From contig CAZSSQ010000001.1 in NCBI GenBank assembly GCA_964609465.1, positions 1 to 57,429 on the forward strand: a stretch of DNA of 57,429 nt, read 5' to 3'. Below are positions 1 through 9,626 of the stretch, piece after piece (positions within the stretch are counted from its first letter, which is position 1; each line of letters starts with the position of its first letter). This DNA comes from an uncultured Dehalococcoidia bacterium. Lineage in GTDB: Bacteria; Chloroflexota; Dehalococcoidia; DSTF01; JALHUB01. The notes under the pieces are model-generated. The model saw only the letters and a program-made list of their open reading frames with translations, made no database searches and was not told where the DNA came from. Made by a program: the position numbers and the translations under genes.

Positions 1-307
1 TGAAGATGTAGGACTGGATGTTGTACATGGGGCCGAGGCGGGTCTGGTGGGGGTCGCGGGTGTCCAGGACCAGCGAGTCATAGTTGAAGCCGCGGTAGGT
101 GCCGCCCCGGCTGCCCACGGTGGTGAGGGCTGGCTGGCTGGCCGCCGCCGCTGTGGGTGAGGCGGCCGCTGGGCCCTCCTCACCGCCGCCGCAGCCCGTG
201 GCAGCGAGCCCGGCAGCGCCCGCGCCGGCGGCTACCGCCCCCGCCAGCAGGCGCCGGCGGCTGAGCCTCTGGGTCCGCAGTTTCGTCCAGTAGTTGGCCT
301 CTCTCAC
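1..307 (-). CDS. ABC transporter substrate-binding protein, family 5 (peptide/nickel type); N-terminal fragment running off the window
   Basis: Not in the ORF track because it is truncated. My own reverse-strand translation from the GTG at 307 gives VREANYWTKLRTQRLSRRRLLAGAVAAGAGAAGLAATGCGGGEEGP...GGTYRGFNYDSLVLDTRDPHQTRLGPMYNIQSYIF. This shows a twin-arginine signal (SRRRLL) and a lipobox-like LAATGC, followed by a family-5 SBP-like start. GGAGA lies about 8 nt upstream of the GTG. The gene sits directly downstream of two DppB/C-type permease genes. Confidence 0.6.
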   Translation of the reverse strand, partial: MREANYWTKLRTQRLSRRRLLAGAVAAGAGAAGLAATGCGGGEEGPAAASPTAAAASQPALTTVGSRGGTYRGFNYDSLVLDTRDPHQTRLGPMYNIQSYIF

Positions 308-368
308 GGGACCGCCGTCTCCTTTCCCGCCGCATCCTCCATGTCCGGGCGCAGGCCTCTATGCTCCC

Positions 369-1313
369 TCATGCGCGCAGCCTGGGGTCCAGGATGTCCC
401 GGAGGGCGTCTCCAGCCAGGTTGAAGGCCAGCACCGCCAGTGTGATGGCCAGGCCGCTGAAGACCGCCTGCCAGGGTGACGTACGGATGAAGTTGCGGCC
501 CTCGTTGAGCATCTGGCCCCAGGAGATCCCCGGCGGGGCCAGGCCCAGGAAGGAGAGGCCAGCCTCAGCGATGATGACTGAGCCAAGGCCTATGGTGAAG
601 ACGACGATGATCGGGGCCGCCGTGTTGGGCAGGATGTGATGGATCATGGTGCGGAGGTCCGAGGCGCCCAGGACGCGCGCCGCCTCCACGTAAGGCATTT
701 CGCGCAGGCTCAGCACTGTCCCCCGCACGATGCGCGACACCTGGCTGATGCCCACGATGCCGAGAGCCAGGATCAGGTTGCGGATGTTGGCCTCCATGTA
801 GGTGGCGATGAGGATCAGGAGGAGAAGGGCGGGGAAGACCTGAAGGGCGTCCATGAGGCGCTGCAACAGCATGTCCACCCGGCCCCCGAAGTAGGCGGAC
901 ACGACCCCCACCAGAGTCCCTGTGGCTATCGAGATGGCCAGGGCGCCGACACCGATGCCCAGGGAGCGCCGGGCGCCCCAGATCACCCACGACCAGGTGT
1001 CGCGGCCCGAGCTGTCCGTTCCGAACCAGTGGACCGCGGAGGGCTCCGCTGTCCTGTCCAGCATGGTGGGGCCCAGCGCCTGCGGGTTGAAGACTCCGGG
1101 TTGGTAGTTGGGGTCGGGCCGCTGGAAGGTTTGCTGGGGGTCATAGCGGGCCAGCACCGGCGCTCCTACCGCCGCCACCACCAGCATGATGATGATCAGC
1201 AGCCCAAAGGTACCCAGGGGCTTGCGCAGCGCCAGCCGGCGGGCCGTCACCCACCAGGCTGCCCGGCGGGGGAGGACCCACTCCTGCTCGAATAGGGCTG
1301 CCTCTGTCGCCAC
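369..1313 (-). CDS. ABC transporter permease, DppC/OppC family
   Basis: 314 aa polytopic protein with a typical N-terminal OppC-like extension and the BPD-transporter core (...SLREMPYVEAARVLGAS...). It lies adjacent to a DppB-like partner. Confidence 0.9.
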   Translation of the reverse strand: MATEAALFEQEWVLPRRAAWWVTARRLALRKPLGTFGLLIIIMLVVAAVGAPVLARYDPQQTFQRPDPNYQPGVFNPQALGPTMLDRTAEPSAVHWFGTDSSGRDTWSWVIWGARRSLGIGVGALAISIATGTLVGVVSAYFGGRVDMLLQRLMDALQVFPALLLLILIATYMEANIRNLILALGIVGISQVSRIVRGTVLSLREMPYVEAARVLGASDLRTMIHHILPNTAAPIIVVFTIGLGSVIIAEAGLSFLGLAPPGISWGQMLNEGRNFIRTSPWQAVFSGLAITLAVLAFNLAGDALRDILDPRLRA

Positions 1314-1334
1314 GGTTCCTCCTCCGGGCCGTCG

Positions 1335-2294
1335 CTAGCGGTATCGAATGCGGGGGTCCAGCCAGGCGTAGCTGATGTCCACCACTATGTTGGTCATCAC
1401 CAGCACGATGCCCACCAACAGCACGATCCCCTGCACCATGGGCAGGTCGTTCTGCTTGAAGGAGATGACCACGAACTGGGCCACTCCCGGCAGGCCGAAC
1501 ATGCTCTCCAAGATGACGTTCCCCCCGAAGAGGGTGCCCACCAGGAGCCCGACAACGGTGAAGACCGGGATCAGGGCGTTCTTCATGGCGTGGCGGGCAA
1601 TGACGCCCCGCTCGCGCAGGCCCTTGGCCCAGGCGGTGCGGACGTAGTCCTGGCGCAACACCTCTAAGAGCTGCGAGCGTAGCAGGCGCATGATGACGGC
1701 CCCCATAGCGAAGCCACCCGCCAGGGCGGGCACGGCCATCGCCTGGAGGTTCAGGCTGGGGTTCTCGAAGAAATTGCGGTAGGTAGTGGTGGGCGGGCCC
1801 CACCCAAACCAATTGAAGCCCAACAGGAGCATGAGCGTAGCCATGTAGAAGGAGGGTATCGCCAGCCCCAGGACGGCGAAAAAGCGCAGTATGTAGTCCA
1901 GCCAGGTGTCCTGCCGGACGGCCGAGATGACGCCTATGGGGATGCTGATGACGAGGCCGACGAGGATCTGGAGAATCCCCAGCTCGACGGAGGTGCCGAG
2001 CCGGTTCTTGAGTTCCAACACGATCGGCTTCTGGCTGACAAGGGAGGTGCCGAAATCGCCCCGGGCGGTGTCGAGCAGGTAACGGCCGTACTGCTCAATG
2101 AGCGGCTTGTCGGTGCCCAGCTCCTGGCGGATGTTGGCCACCGCCTGTTCGAACTCCATCCCCCCGATGAAGCCCTGAGCAGCGCGCTGCTCGGCAAAGT
2201 CGGTCCGGAAATGGCTGATCAGAAAGACAACGGTGACGACAAGAAAGACGACGGGGATGTTGAGCAGGATGCGCTTGGCGATGTACTGCTGCAC
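1335..2294 (-). CDS. ABC transporter permease, DppB/OppB family
   Basis: 319 aa. It starts MQQYIAKRILLNIPVVFLVVTVVFL, typical of DppB/OppB, and has the conserved loop YVRTAWAKGLRERGVIARHAMKNALIP. Confidence 0.9.
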   Translation of the reverse strand: MQQYIAKRILLNIPVVFLVVTVVFLISHFRTDFAEQRAAQGFIGGMEFEQAVANIRQELGTDKPLIEQYGRYLLDTARGDFGTSLVSQKPIVLELKNRLGTSVELGILQILVGLVISIPIGVISAVRQDTWLDYILRFFAVLGLAIPSFYMATLMLLLGFNWFGWGPPTTTYRNFFENPSLNLQAMAVPALAGGFAMGAVIMRLLRSQLLEVLRQDYVRTAWAKGLRERGVIARHAMKNALIPVFTVVGLLVGTLFGGNVILESMFGLPGVAQFVVISFKQNDLPMVQGIVLLVGIVLVMTNIVVDISYAWLDPRIRYR

Positions 2295-2569
2295 GAGGCC
2301 ACCCTTCTCTGGGGTGGGGGAAGCCTTTCCCTCGAACGGCGCCCCGGGGCTACCCGTGTACCAGTGCTGACGGTGGAAGCAATCCCTGTCCTAACTCGCC
2401 TGACCGTTGGCGGTGTCTGGCCGGCGATCCCCCGCAGACGTGGTTGGCGACGCAATTATGGCTAGGCGCTCGCAGAAACGCAATACCGTTCGGCCTCAGG
2501 AAGGCCGCTTCTCGGGCAGTCCGGCCCCCTGTCTGCCGGTGACCGGTCGGCCCCAGCGTCCAGCCCCTC

Positions 2570-3487
2570 TCAATCGTGGATTTCGACGCGGGTGCCGGGC
2601 TGGGCGAAGAGCCAGAAGTACTGCGCATCGTGGAGGCGGAGGCCGACGCAGCCGTGGCTGGTGGGTGCGGAGCCGAATACGGAGTCCGCCCGCCAGTAGT
2701 TCAGGTGGAGAGCGTCACCCTGGCGGTCGAAGTACTGGGTGAAGAGCACCCTCTCAACGTCGTAGCGGGCCTGTGAGGGGTCGTAACCCGCCTGCGAGGC
2801 GGTCATCCGCTCCAGCACGATGCGCCCGTCGGGCTCGATGTAGTGCGTGCCGGGGGGTGTCTCGAAGCCCGGTGCGCCGGTGGTGGCTGCCGCCACGTGC
2901 ACCACTTGCTCCCCCACCATGGCCCGCACCGTCTGCTCCGAAAGGCTTACGTCGATCCACTTCTCCTCCCCTCCGAAGTCGAGGAGGGGTGAAGACTCTC
3001 CCTCCAGGAGCTGGAAGACGAAGACCCCGTAGACGTAGCTGCCGTCCTCCAGTTGGAGCCATTCGCTGGCCCAGGGAGGGCTCGCGGAGACCCACGTCTG
3101 TTCTCCCACCAGCCAGTTCTCGCCCTGCACGGCGGCCGCGATGCGCACCGGCTCCTGGTCCGGCAGGGTCCCTATCGGGATGTTGCGGGTCGAGGGCTCC
3201 GGCCGGGTCCGCACTTCGCCCCCGACGACGATGGCGCTGCCAGCCTGGAGTTGCGGGACCGGCGTCGGAGACGGCTCGGGCGTGAGGGTCGGGGGCACGG
3301 GCGTTGGTATCTGGGTTGGGACCAGTGTCGGCGTCGGGGTGGGTTCCGCGGGCCCCAGGTAGCACGCCTGCCCCAGGCCCAGGTTCAGGGCGAGAGTGGC
3401 CAGGAGCAGGGCGAGCCCCAGCGCGTGACGAAAGCGACGTCTTCCCCGGCGGCCTGCGTCGTAGCTCTGGTTGTTCTGAAGGCGCAT
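2570..3487 (-). CDS. L,D-transpeptidase (YkuD domain) with signal/anchor and a Pro/Thr-rich linker
   Basis: The C-terminal catalytic motif HLNYW...SHGCVGL matches the YkuD His/Cys signature. The N-terminus has a hydrophobic segment followed by a PTPTPT linker. Confidence 0.8.
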   Translation of the reverse strand: MRLQNNQSYDAGRRGRRRFRHALGLALLLATLALNLGLGQACYLGPAEPTPTPTLVPTQIPTPVPPTLTPEPSPTPVPQLQAGSAIVVGGEVRTRPEPSTRNIPIGTLPDQEPVRIAAAVQGENWLVGEQTWVSASPPWASEWLQLEDGSYVYGVFVFQLLEGESSPLLDFGGEEKWIDVSLSEQTVRAMVGEQVVHVAAATTGAPGFETPPGTHYIEPDGRIVLERMTASQAGYDPSQARYDVERVLFTQYFDRQGDALHLNYWRADSVFGSAPTSHGCVGLRLHDAQYFWLFAQPGTRVEIHD

Positions 3488-3568
3488 TACGGCTCCTGGT
3501 GCTGGGCCCCATTGTACCGCGGACGCTCACTGCGGACAGCGGGCGGCATTGACAAGCGGGGGAATCTA

Positions 3569-4978
3569 CTAGGACCGCACCAACTCGTCCATCATCTGGC
3601 GGTAGATCTCCAGGGTGGCCAAACGGCGTCGCCAGGCCAGGCGCTTCTGCTCGCGGGGGGCGCCGCTCAGCTCCACGGCTCGCGATGAATTGAGGGCTGC
3701 CTGGCCCTGCTCCACGAGACCCCGAAAGACCATGTTCACGTCCCAGTGAGGGCGGTGGCTGGCCCACCAGAACTGGCAGCTATGGAGGGCGGTATCGAGG
3801 ATGTTCCTGGCGATGCCCGTGTGCCACTGGCTCGGCGGGCTATCGGCGCACTGCTCGGCCTGCTGCTGCAGCTCGATGCAGAGGGTGAGGTGCTCCCAGA
3901 GGAGGCCGTGGATGTGGTTGCCGGGGTCGTTCCATAGCGGGTAGGGCACGCCGCGGGCCAGGTCATCGGCGGTGGTGCTCCAGGAGCTGGCCAGGGGCCA
4001 GCAGCCCTCCAGGTGAGGAAAGCGATCGACTATCTCGCTCACCGTGGCAAGCCGAATGAGCGACGCCTCGTCTTCGCGGTGACGCTCCATGCCCAGAAGG
4101 TGGTGCGGAAGCGGGTACTGTCGCCCCTCGCCATTGCCGTCCGACGGCCGCACGACGCGGACGGGGCGTGCTTCGTCCACTGCGCTGCCAACATAGCCTG
4201 CGGTGACAAGCCTCTGGCTGGCGCCTTCCTGCCGGGCTGAGACGCCGGTCACCTCCGGACGCAAGGCTCTATAGACCTCGCCTAGGAAGGCCTCCACCCA
4301 GCCAGCTATGTGATGGCCGTAGGTTTCGGCGTCCATGGCCGTCACGACGTAGACGTCGCCGCGGCGGTGGCGACCAAGGTTGCGGAGTCTGTCCAGGAAC
4401 GCGTGGGCGTCCAGCGTCTGGAAGGAGATGCCGTTGCTCAGGATGTCGTCGCGGAAGATGAAGTTGATGGGCGCGTCCAGGGGGTTGCCTCTCTGCACCA
4501 CGTCCGTTGGCCACTGCCCGTGGCAGGCGATGCCGCTGAGTATCACCCAGTCGTGTCCGAAATCGACCATGGGTGCCAGGATGCGGTCGCTGTAGCACAG
4601 CTCGGGCGGGAAGAAGCCTCGAGGGGCGTAGGTGTGTCCCAGGTAGTGCCGGTTGGTGTTGTAGTTGGAGCGGATCTGACGGCGTATCTCTTCCTCCGGG
4701 AGGAGGGGAAGGATGGGGTGATACTTGGCGGAGCCGGTGAACTCCACCTGCCCGCGCTCGGCCAGCCAGGCCAGCCCCTCCACCACGTCCTGGTGGGCGT
4801 TGTCGATGAGCATCTCGGTGAGCACACCGCTGATGTTCACCGTCACCCGAGCGTGGGGATTATCGGCGAGGAGCTGGATCAGAGGGCGGTAAGACTCGCA
4901 GGCTATCTGGCGAAGGACATACGGAAGCTGGATAGGAGGTTGATAGAAGTGCAGCAGCAGGGCCCAGTGGGTCGTCAA
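3569..4978 (-). CDS. Glycoside hydrolase family 57 protein (alpha-amylase / branching-enzyme-like)
   Basis: The N-terminus WALLLHFYQPPIQ and the downstream AMDAETYGHH resemble conserved GH57 regions. Confidence 0.75.
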   Translation of the reverse strand: MTTHWALLLHFYQPPIQLPYVLRQIACESYRPLIQLLADNPHARVTVNISGVLTEMLIDNAHQDVVEGLAWLAERGQVEFTGSAKYHPILPLLPEEEIRRQIRSNYNTNRHYLGHTYAPRGFFPPELCYSDRILAPMVDFGHDWVILSGIACHGQWPTDVVQRGNPLDAPINFIFRDDILSNGISFQTLDAHAFLDRLRNLGRHRRGDVYVVTAMDAETYGHHIAGWVEAFLGEVYRALRPEVTGVSARQEGASQRLVTAGYVGSAVDEARPVRVVRPSDGNGEGRQYPLPHHLLGMERHREDEASLIRLATVSEIVDRFPHLEGCWPLASSWSTTADDLARGVPYPLWNDPGNHIHGLLWEHLTLCIELQQQAEQCADSPPSQWHTGIARNILDTALHSCQFWWASHRPHWDVNMVFRGLVEQGQAALNSSRAVELSGAPREQKRLAWRRRLATLEIYRQMMDELVRS

Positions 4979-5015
4979 CCTCTCCGGTCCCGTGAGACAT
5001 CACGAAGCCCCGCCA

Positions 5016-5034
5016 CCGCCCGCAAAACGGGCGG
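5016..5034 (-). terminator. Short GC hairpin downstream of the mobA-like gene
   Basis: CCGCCCG-caaaa-CGGGCGG forms a 7-bp stem between the mobA stop (5113) and the GH57 start (4978). No U-tract follows on the minus strand, so this is a weak call. Confidence 0.3.
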
Positions 5035-5112
5035 GTCACCCTATAGAACGCGCCAGCCGCGTAAATGGTTAACCAAAGCCACCAAACCGAGTTCGCGCCC
5101 TGAGCCCCTTCG

Positions 5113-5745
5113 TCATTCCCCTGTTGGTGGCATCGTGCCCTCGAGTACGGGCAGGATGCGGGCCAGGTCTGACGGATAGTTGACGTTCCAGAAGCTGCGC
5201 CCCTCAGCGTCCAGGCGCTGCAACTCGTCGTGGCTCACGTAGAGGACGCGTACGTCCGGTAGGAAGTCCACAAACCGCCTCTTGCCCCCCTCCAGGGCCT
5301 TCTCGATCGCGGAGAGGCAGGTGCGACGGTAGAAGGCATGCAGGGGCTCCTCCTTGCCCTCCCAGAGGGGCATCACTACGTCCACGTCCCGGTCCAGGAG
5401 GCCCCACAGGTGGCGAAGCAGCGGCCCGCTCAGGAGAGGCATGTCGCAGCCCAGGGCCAGGGCGACAGGCTGAGAGCACACCAGCAGGCCACTGTAGAGG
5501 CCGGCCAGGGCGCCGCCTTCGCGCACGTCCGCCACGTGGCGCAGCGGCGTCTCCGAACTCACCGGAGGGGGGGACATCCCCGGCGCTCCGACGACAACGA
5601 TCTCGCTGGCGATGGGGCTTACGGCGTCGACGACGTGCTGGAGGAGGGAGTGGCCGGCGACGATCTCCGCCGACTTGTCGCGCCCGAAGCGGACGCTGCG
5701 CCCGCCGGCCAGGATGATGGCCGAAAAGGGGTCTTCAGGAGCCAA
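5113..5745 (-). CDS. mobA: Molybdenum cofactor guanylyltransferase
   Basis: The N-terminal AIILAGGRSVRFGRDKS nucleotide-binding motif is characteristic of the MobA family. Length is 210 aa. Confidence 0.8.
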   Translation of the reverse strand: MAPEDPFSAIILAGGRSVRFGRDKSAEIVAGHSLLQHVVDAVSPIASEIVVVGAPGMSPPPVSSETPLRHVADVREGGALAGLYSGLLVCSQPVALALGCDMPLLSGPLLRHLWGLLDRDVDVVMPLWEGKEEPLHAFYRRTCLSAIEKALEGGKRRFVDFLPDVRVLYVSHDELQRLDAEGRSFWNVNYPSDLARILPVLEGTMPPTGE

Positions 5746-5846
5746 CTCTCGACCCTCCGTCTGTCCGGCCGTGGCCTATGTGGTTGTCAGGTAGCTGGCT
5801 GAGGGATCGCAGACGCCGGCCTGGCACGGCACCCCACCAACCGGAC

Positions 5847-6470
5847 TTACACTGGCTCGCCGGCCGCCGACACCTCACGGATGCCCCTTCGGAAGGCCTT
5901 GAGGTTCAGGTCCAGCTTGTCGGCCGGCAGGCTTTGCCGAAGCTCGGCCTCGAACGCGTCGAGCCCCACCGGCAGGGCGCCGCTGCCCACCAGGGCCCCC
6001 AGCATGACGATGTTGGTGAAGATGCCGGCCCCCAGGCCGAGCGCGATGTCCGTAGCATCAAGGAGCCAGGCACGGCTCGATAGCTGCTCCAGCGTCCTGA
6101 TCACCTGCTCTCGCCCCGGGTACTCAGCGGCGCCCGTGGTTACGGCCAGCGGATGGACAGGCCGGGAGTTGGCGATGACAGTGACCTCCGGGTTGCCGTA
6201 CTGGGCCAGCACCCGCAGGGTCTCCAGCGGCTCCAGGCCGAGGATGACGTGCGCCGCGCCCTCCGGGATGAGGGGGCCGTACTGGGCATCGCGCGAGATG
6301 CGCAGATGGCTCATGACGGCGCCGCCCCTCTGAGAGGCCCCGTAGGTCTCCCCGATGGTGACGTGGTAGCCTACCCTCACCAGGGCCCGGCCGATGAGCT
6401 GGGCAATGAGCACGTTGCCCTGGCCGCCCACCCCCGTGACAATGACGTTCAGCGGGTCGTTCCCTTCCAT
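5847..6470 (-). CDS. iorB: Indolepyruvate:ferredoxin oxidoreductase beta subunit (2-oxoacid:Fd oxidoreductase gamma-type domain)
   Basis: NVIVTGVGGQGNVLIAQLIG is the P-loop-like motif of the POR gamma/IorB family. The gene is separated by 2 nt from the iorA stop. Confidence 0.8.
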   Translation of the reverse strand: MEGNDPLNVIVTGVGGQGNVLIAQLIGRALVRVGYHVTIGETYGASQRGGAVMSHLRISRDAQYGPLIPEGAAHVILGLEPLETLRVLAQYGNPEVTVIANSRPVHPLAVTTGAAEYPGREQVIRTLEQLSSRAWLLDATDIALGLGAGIFTNIVMLGALVGSGALPVGLDAFEAELRQSLPADKLDLNLKAFRRGIREVSAAGEPV

Positions 6471-6472
6471 AG

Positions 6473-8389
6473 TCAGACTGCCTCCCGGATGATGGCTGAG
6501 GCGGGACAGATGTCGGCGCAGACGCCGCAGCCGCTACAGACCACCTCGTCGATCCTGGCCACGCCGGCGGCGCTGTCCCAGGCCAGTCCAGGGCACTGGA
6601 AGACGCGCGTGCAGAGGCGGTTGCAGCCGCAGCTCTCGCCTAGGCACCTCTCGCTGTCCACGCGCATCCGGTAGGCCGCTTTCTCCTGCCGGCCCCGAAC
6701 CAAGGCGCACATCCTCCTCGATATCAGCACGCGCACGCCGCCTTCGTCCGCCATCAGGTCCAGCAGCTTCTCAGTGGTGCCCTTAAGGTCGAAGGGGTCC
6801 GTGACCTCCACCCGCACCCCCAGCGCGCGGCAGACCGCTTCGATGTCCACAGCGGCCGTCGGCTCGCCCATGGCGTTGGTTCCCGTGCCTGGGTGAGGCT
6901 GGAAGCCGGTCATGGCGGTGGCACTGTTATCGAGGATGAGCATGGTGAAGTTGGAGCGGTTATAGACGCCGTTGATGAGGGCGGGGATGGCGGCGTGGAA
7001 GAAGGTCGAGTCGCCGCAGACGGCCAGCACGGGCTGCTTGAAGCCCATGGCCCCCAGCTTGCCGAAACCGGAGGCGAGGCCGGTGCCTGACCCCATGGCC
7101 TGCACCGTCTTCAACTGGAAGTAGCCCGCCGGCCCGATGGCCATGGTGTAGCAGCCGATGTCCCCGGTGACGAAGCCGCCCCGCCCGTCCAGCTTGAGGG
7201 CGTTCTTCACCGACCAGAAGGTGGCCCGGTGGGGACAGCCGGCGCAGAAGCTCACCACCCTGGCGTGAGTGACCAGCCCGGTCAGCGCCTGGGCCTTCTC
7301 CACATACTCGCTTGGCCGTGCCGGCTTTTCGATGCCGAGGACGGAGGCCAGCGTCTGGAGCACCAGGTCCGGGTTGATCTCGCCGAAGGACGGAAGGTGC
7401 CCGCTGCCCTTCCCGTAGAACGTGAGCGGGCCGACGGCCGAGAGATTCGCGCCTACCAGCTCCTTCAGGTTGTTCTCGAGGAAGGCGTCTACCTCCTCCA
7501 CTACCAGCACCTTTTCCGTCTGCGCCAGGCGCTCGAGGACGAGCTTCTCGGGCAGAGGCCAGGTGGTGCCAAGCTTGAGGATACCCACCGAATCCTCCCG
7601 CTCCAGGGCCTTGACCGCCTCGAGTGAGTAGAACCAGCCGCTGCCGCTGGTGACCACCAGCAGGTCCGGCTTGTCGGGGCCTGTATACCAGTTGAAGCGT
7701 GAGGACTCGAAGAGCTCCTTGGCCTTGGCCAGCTTCTGGTGCAGCAGGTTGTGCTTGAGGGGCGCCGGGAGGGTGGCGAACTGGACGGGGGAGGTCGGCG
7801 CGAAGCGACCGGCCTGGCCGGGCGGCGCAGGCTCCCCCAGACGCACGTCGCCGCGGGCGTGGGAGACGCGGGTGACGCCCCTCACCAGGCAGGCCGACTT
7901 CAGTTCCTCGGATAGCTCGAAGGCCCAGCGGGTCATGTCCTTGGCTTCCTGAAAGGTGGCGGGCTCCAGGAGGGGCAGGTCAGCCCACTTGGCGATGGGG
8001 CGGCTGTCCTGCTCGTTGGTGCTGGAGTGGGCCGAGGGGTCATCGCAGATGACCACCACCAGGCCGGCGATGGTGCCCGTCAGGTTCAGGGTCATCAGGA
8101 AGTCGGAGGCCACGTTGATGCCGTTCTGCTTCATGGCCACGATGGCCCGTACCCCGGTGAAGGAAGCGGCGGCCGCCGCCTCCAGGGCCACCTTCTCGTT
8201 CACCGACCACTCGGCGTAGATGCCGGCCTCTTTGGCGGCCTCGGCGAGGCTGCCGACGATCTCCGACGAGGGCGTGCCGGGGTAGGCGCTGGCGAACCCG
8301 ACCCCCGCCTCCAGCGCCCCCCGGGCGATGGCCTCGTTGCCCATGAGGAGCTGGTCGGTTCCCGGCGCGTACGTTGCGATGGTCGCCAT
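6473..8389 (-). CDS. iorA: Indolepyruvate:ferredoxin oxidoreductase alpha subunit (TPP-binding, C-terminal 2x[4Fe-4S])
   Basis: 638 aa. The N-terminus reads LLMGNEAIARGALEAGVGFASAYPGTPSSEI, a TPP motif reads GDSTFFH...LDN, and C-terminal Cys clusters read CxxCxxC...CP / CSGCGVCADICP. Confidence 0.85.
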   Translation of the reverse strand: MATIATYAPGTDQLLMGNEAIARGALEAGVGFASAYPGTPSSEIVGSLAEAAKEAGIYAEWSVNEKVALEAAAAASFTGVRAIVAMKQNGINVASDFLMTLNLTGTIAGLVVVICDDPSAHSSTNEQDSRPIAKWADLPLLEPATFQEAKDMTRWAFELSEELKSACLVRGVTRVSHARGDVRLGEPAPPGQAGRFAPTSPVQFATLPAPLKHNLLHQKLAKAKELFESSRFNWYTGPDKPDLLVVTSGSGWFYSLEAVKALEREDSVGILKLGTTWPLPEKLVLERLAQTEKVLVVEEVDAFLENNLKELVGANLSAVGPLTFYGKGSGHLPSFGEINPDLVLQTLASVLGIEKPARPSEYVEKAQALTGLVTHARVVSFCAGCPHRATFWSVKNALKLDGRGGFVTGDIGCYTMAIGPAGYFQLKTVQAMGSGTGLASGFGKLGAMGFKQPVLAVCGDSTFFHAAIPALINGVYNRSNFTMLILDNSATAMTGFQPHPGTGTNAMGEPTAAVDIEAVCRALGVRVEVTDPFDLKGTTEKLLDLMADEGGVRVLISRRMCALVRGRQEKAAYRMRVDSERCLGESCGCNRLCTRVFQCPGLAWDSAAGVARIDEVVCSGCGVCADICPASAIIREAV

Positions 8390-8441
8390 CCTTCAGACTC
8401 CCTTCCCGGTCAGCTCGGCGCGCTCGTGGTGTGGGTTAAGC

Positions 8442-9560
8442 TCAGGAGAGCAGTGCCCGCAGGGCTTCTCTGCTCGCTTCCAGGTAAAGCAGGTCCTCCT
8501 TGCTTCCCGTGGTCTCGACGATGTTCGATAGCCCCCGCCTCTTCTTGTTGAGGGAGGCCTCCTTCAGGTGCTCCAGGTTGGCGTCCGGAACGGGCGCCAC
8601 CTCCAGGGCGCCGGCGGCGCGGGCGGCCTCCACCAGCTTCGCTCCCGCCGCGCTCCTTACGACAAGAGTGTTCCAGCCCTTGATGCCTTCGGCGGCGCCG
8701 ACGGACACGTCGGCGAACTCGGCCGTCATGTCGATGCACCTGTTGCAGGTGGGGCGGATGAAGGCCCGCACTTGGTCGAGGGGGATGGTGACGCGGGTAG
8801 AGTTGGCATAGACCTCGAAGACGTTGGCCGGCGGCGGTGGGATATCGACCTTGACGATCTGGTCCAGGGGCACTCTCTCGCCCAGAAAGGCGGCGAAGTC
8901 GCGGTATTTCAGGGCCCAGGTGCAGAAGAGGCCGACGACCAGCTTGAGCTTGTCGATGTTGTTGCGGTTCTCCAGAGGCGAGGCCCTCATCTTGGCCAGG
9001 GCCAGCGTCTGGCAGGGCGTCGCCACCACGCCGATGCGCTGGGCGCCGCCGGCGGCCTCTCGGTTGAAGGTCTCCAGCGTAGGCGAGGCCACGAAGTTGG
9101 AGCCGGCGCAGGCCAGAACGCCCGCCTCGTCGCGGACAGCCCTGCCGGCGGGCAGCATGCGTTCGTCGCTGTCGGTGAGGACAGCGGTATCGATGAGGGC
9201 CGTCCGCAGGGCGAAGGTGACCAGGGCGCTGACGGTGCCGCCGTACTGGGCGCGGGAGCGCAGGGCGCCGTCGGCGGCGCGGCTTATCAGCACCTCTTTG
9301 ACTGTCCCCAACGCCTCAGTTGGGTAGGGCACGCCGAACACGGTCTGGCTGAGGAGGTTCAGGTCGACCGGGGTGCGAGGACAGAAGGCGTAGCAGCGTC
9401 CCTGGGCCAGGTTGCAGTCGTCCAGGGTTACCATCCGCCCTTGATAGGGGACGTGGTAGGGGCACATTCCAGAGCACGCCCCGCAGCCGGTGCAGAGCTC
9501 ACGTGCCCGGACCTCGTCCTGCAGTGCCTGACTTCCCTTGATCTCGATTCCAGGGCTCAT
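8442..9560 (-). CDS. FrhB-family protein (coenzyme F420 hydrogenase/dehydrogenase beta-subunit-like Fe-S flavoprotein)
   Basis: The N-terminal ferredoxin-like motifs are CTGCGACSGMCP and CYAFCP. The downstream core looks FrhB N/C-like, with a C-terminal CNRCIDMTAEFADVSVG. Confidence 0.65.
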   Translation of the reverse strand: MSPGIEIKGSQALQDEVRARELCTGCGACSGMCPYHVPYQGRMVTLDDCNLAQGRCYAFCPRTPVDLNLLSQTVFGVPYPTEALGTVKEVLISRAADGALRSRAQYGGTVSALVTFALRTALIDTAVLTDSDERMLPAGRAVRDEAGVLACAGSNFVASPTLETFNREAAGGAQRIGVVATPCQTLALAKMRASPLENRNNIDKLKLVVGLFCTWALKYRDFAAFLGERVPLDQIVKVDIPPPPANVFEVYANSTRVTIPLDQVRAFIRPTCNRCIDMTAEFADVSVGAAEGIKGWNTLVVRSAAGAKLVEAARAAGALEVAPVPDANLEHLKEASLNKKRRGLSNIVETTGSKEDLLYLEASREALRALLS

Positions 9561-9626
9561 ATCCTGTCCCCTTCTCCCCCAGTCCGCAGGGTTTGGTCAA
9601 ACGCGCTCCCGAGAGGCTTCGTCCGC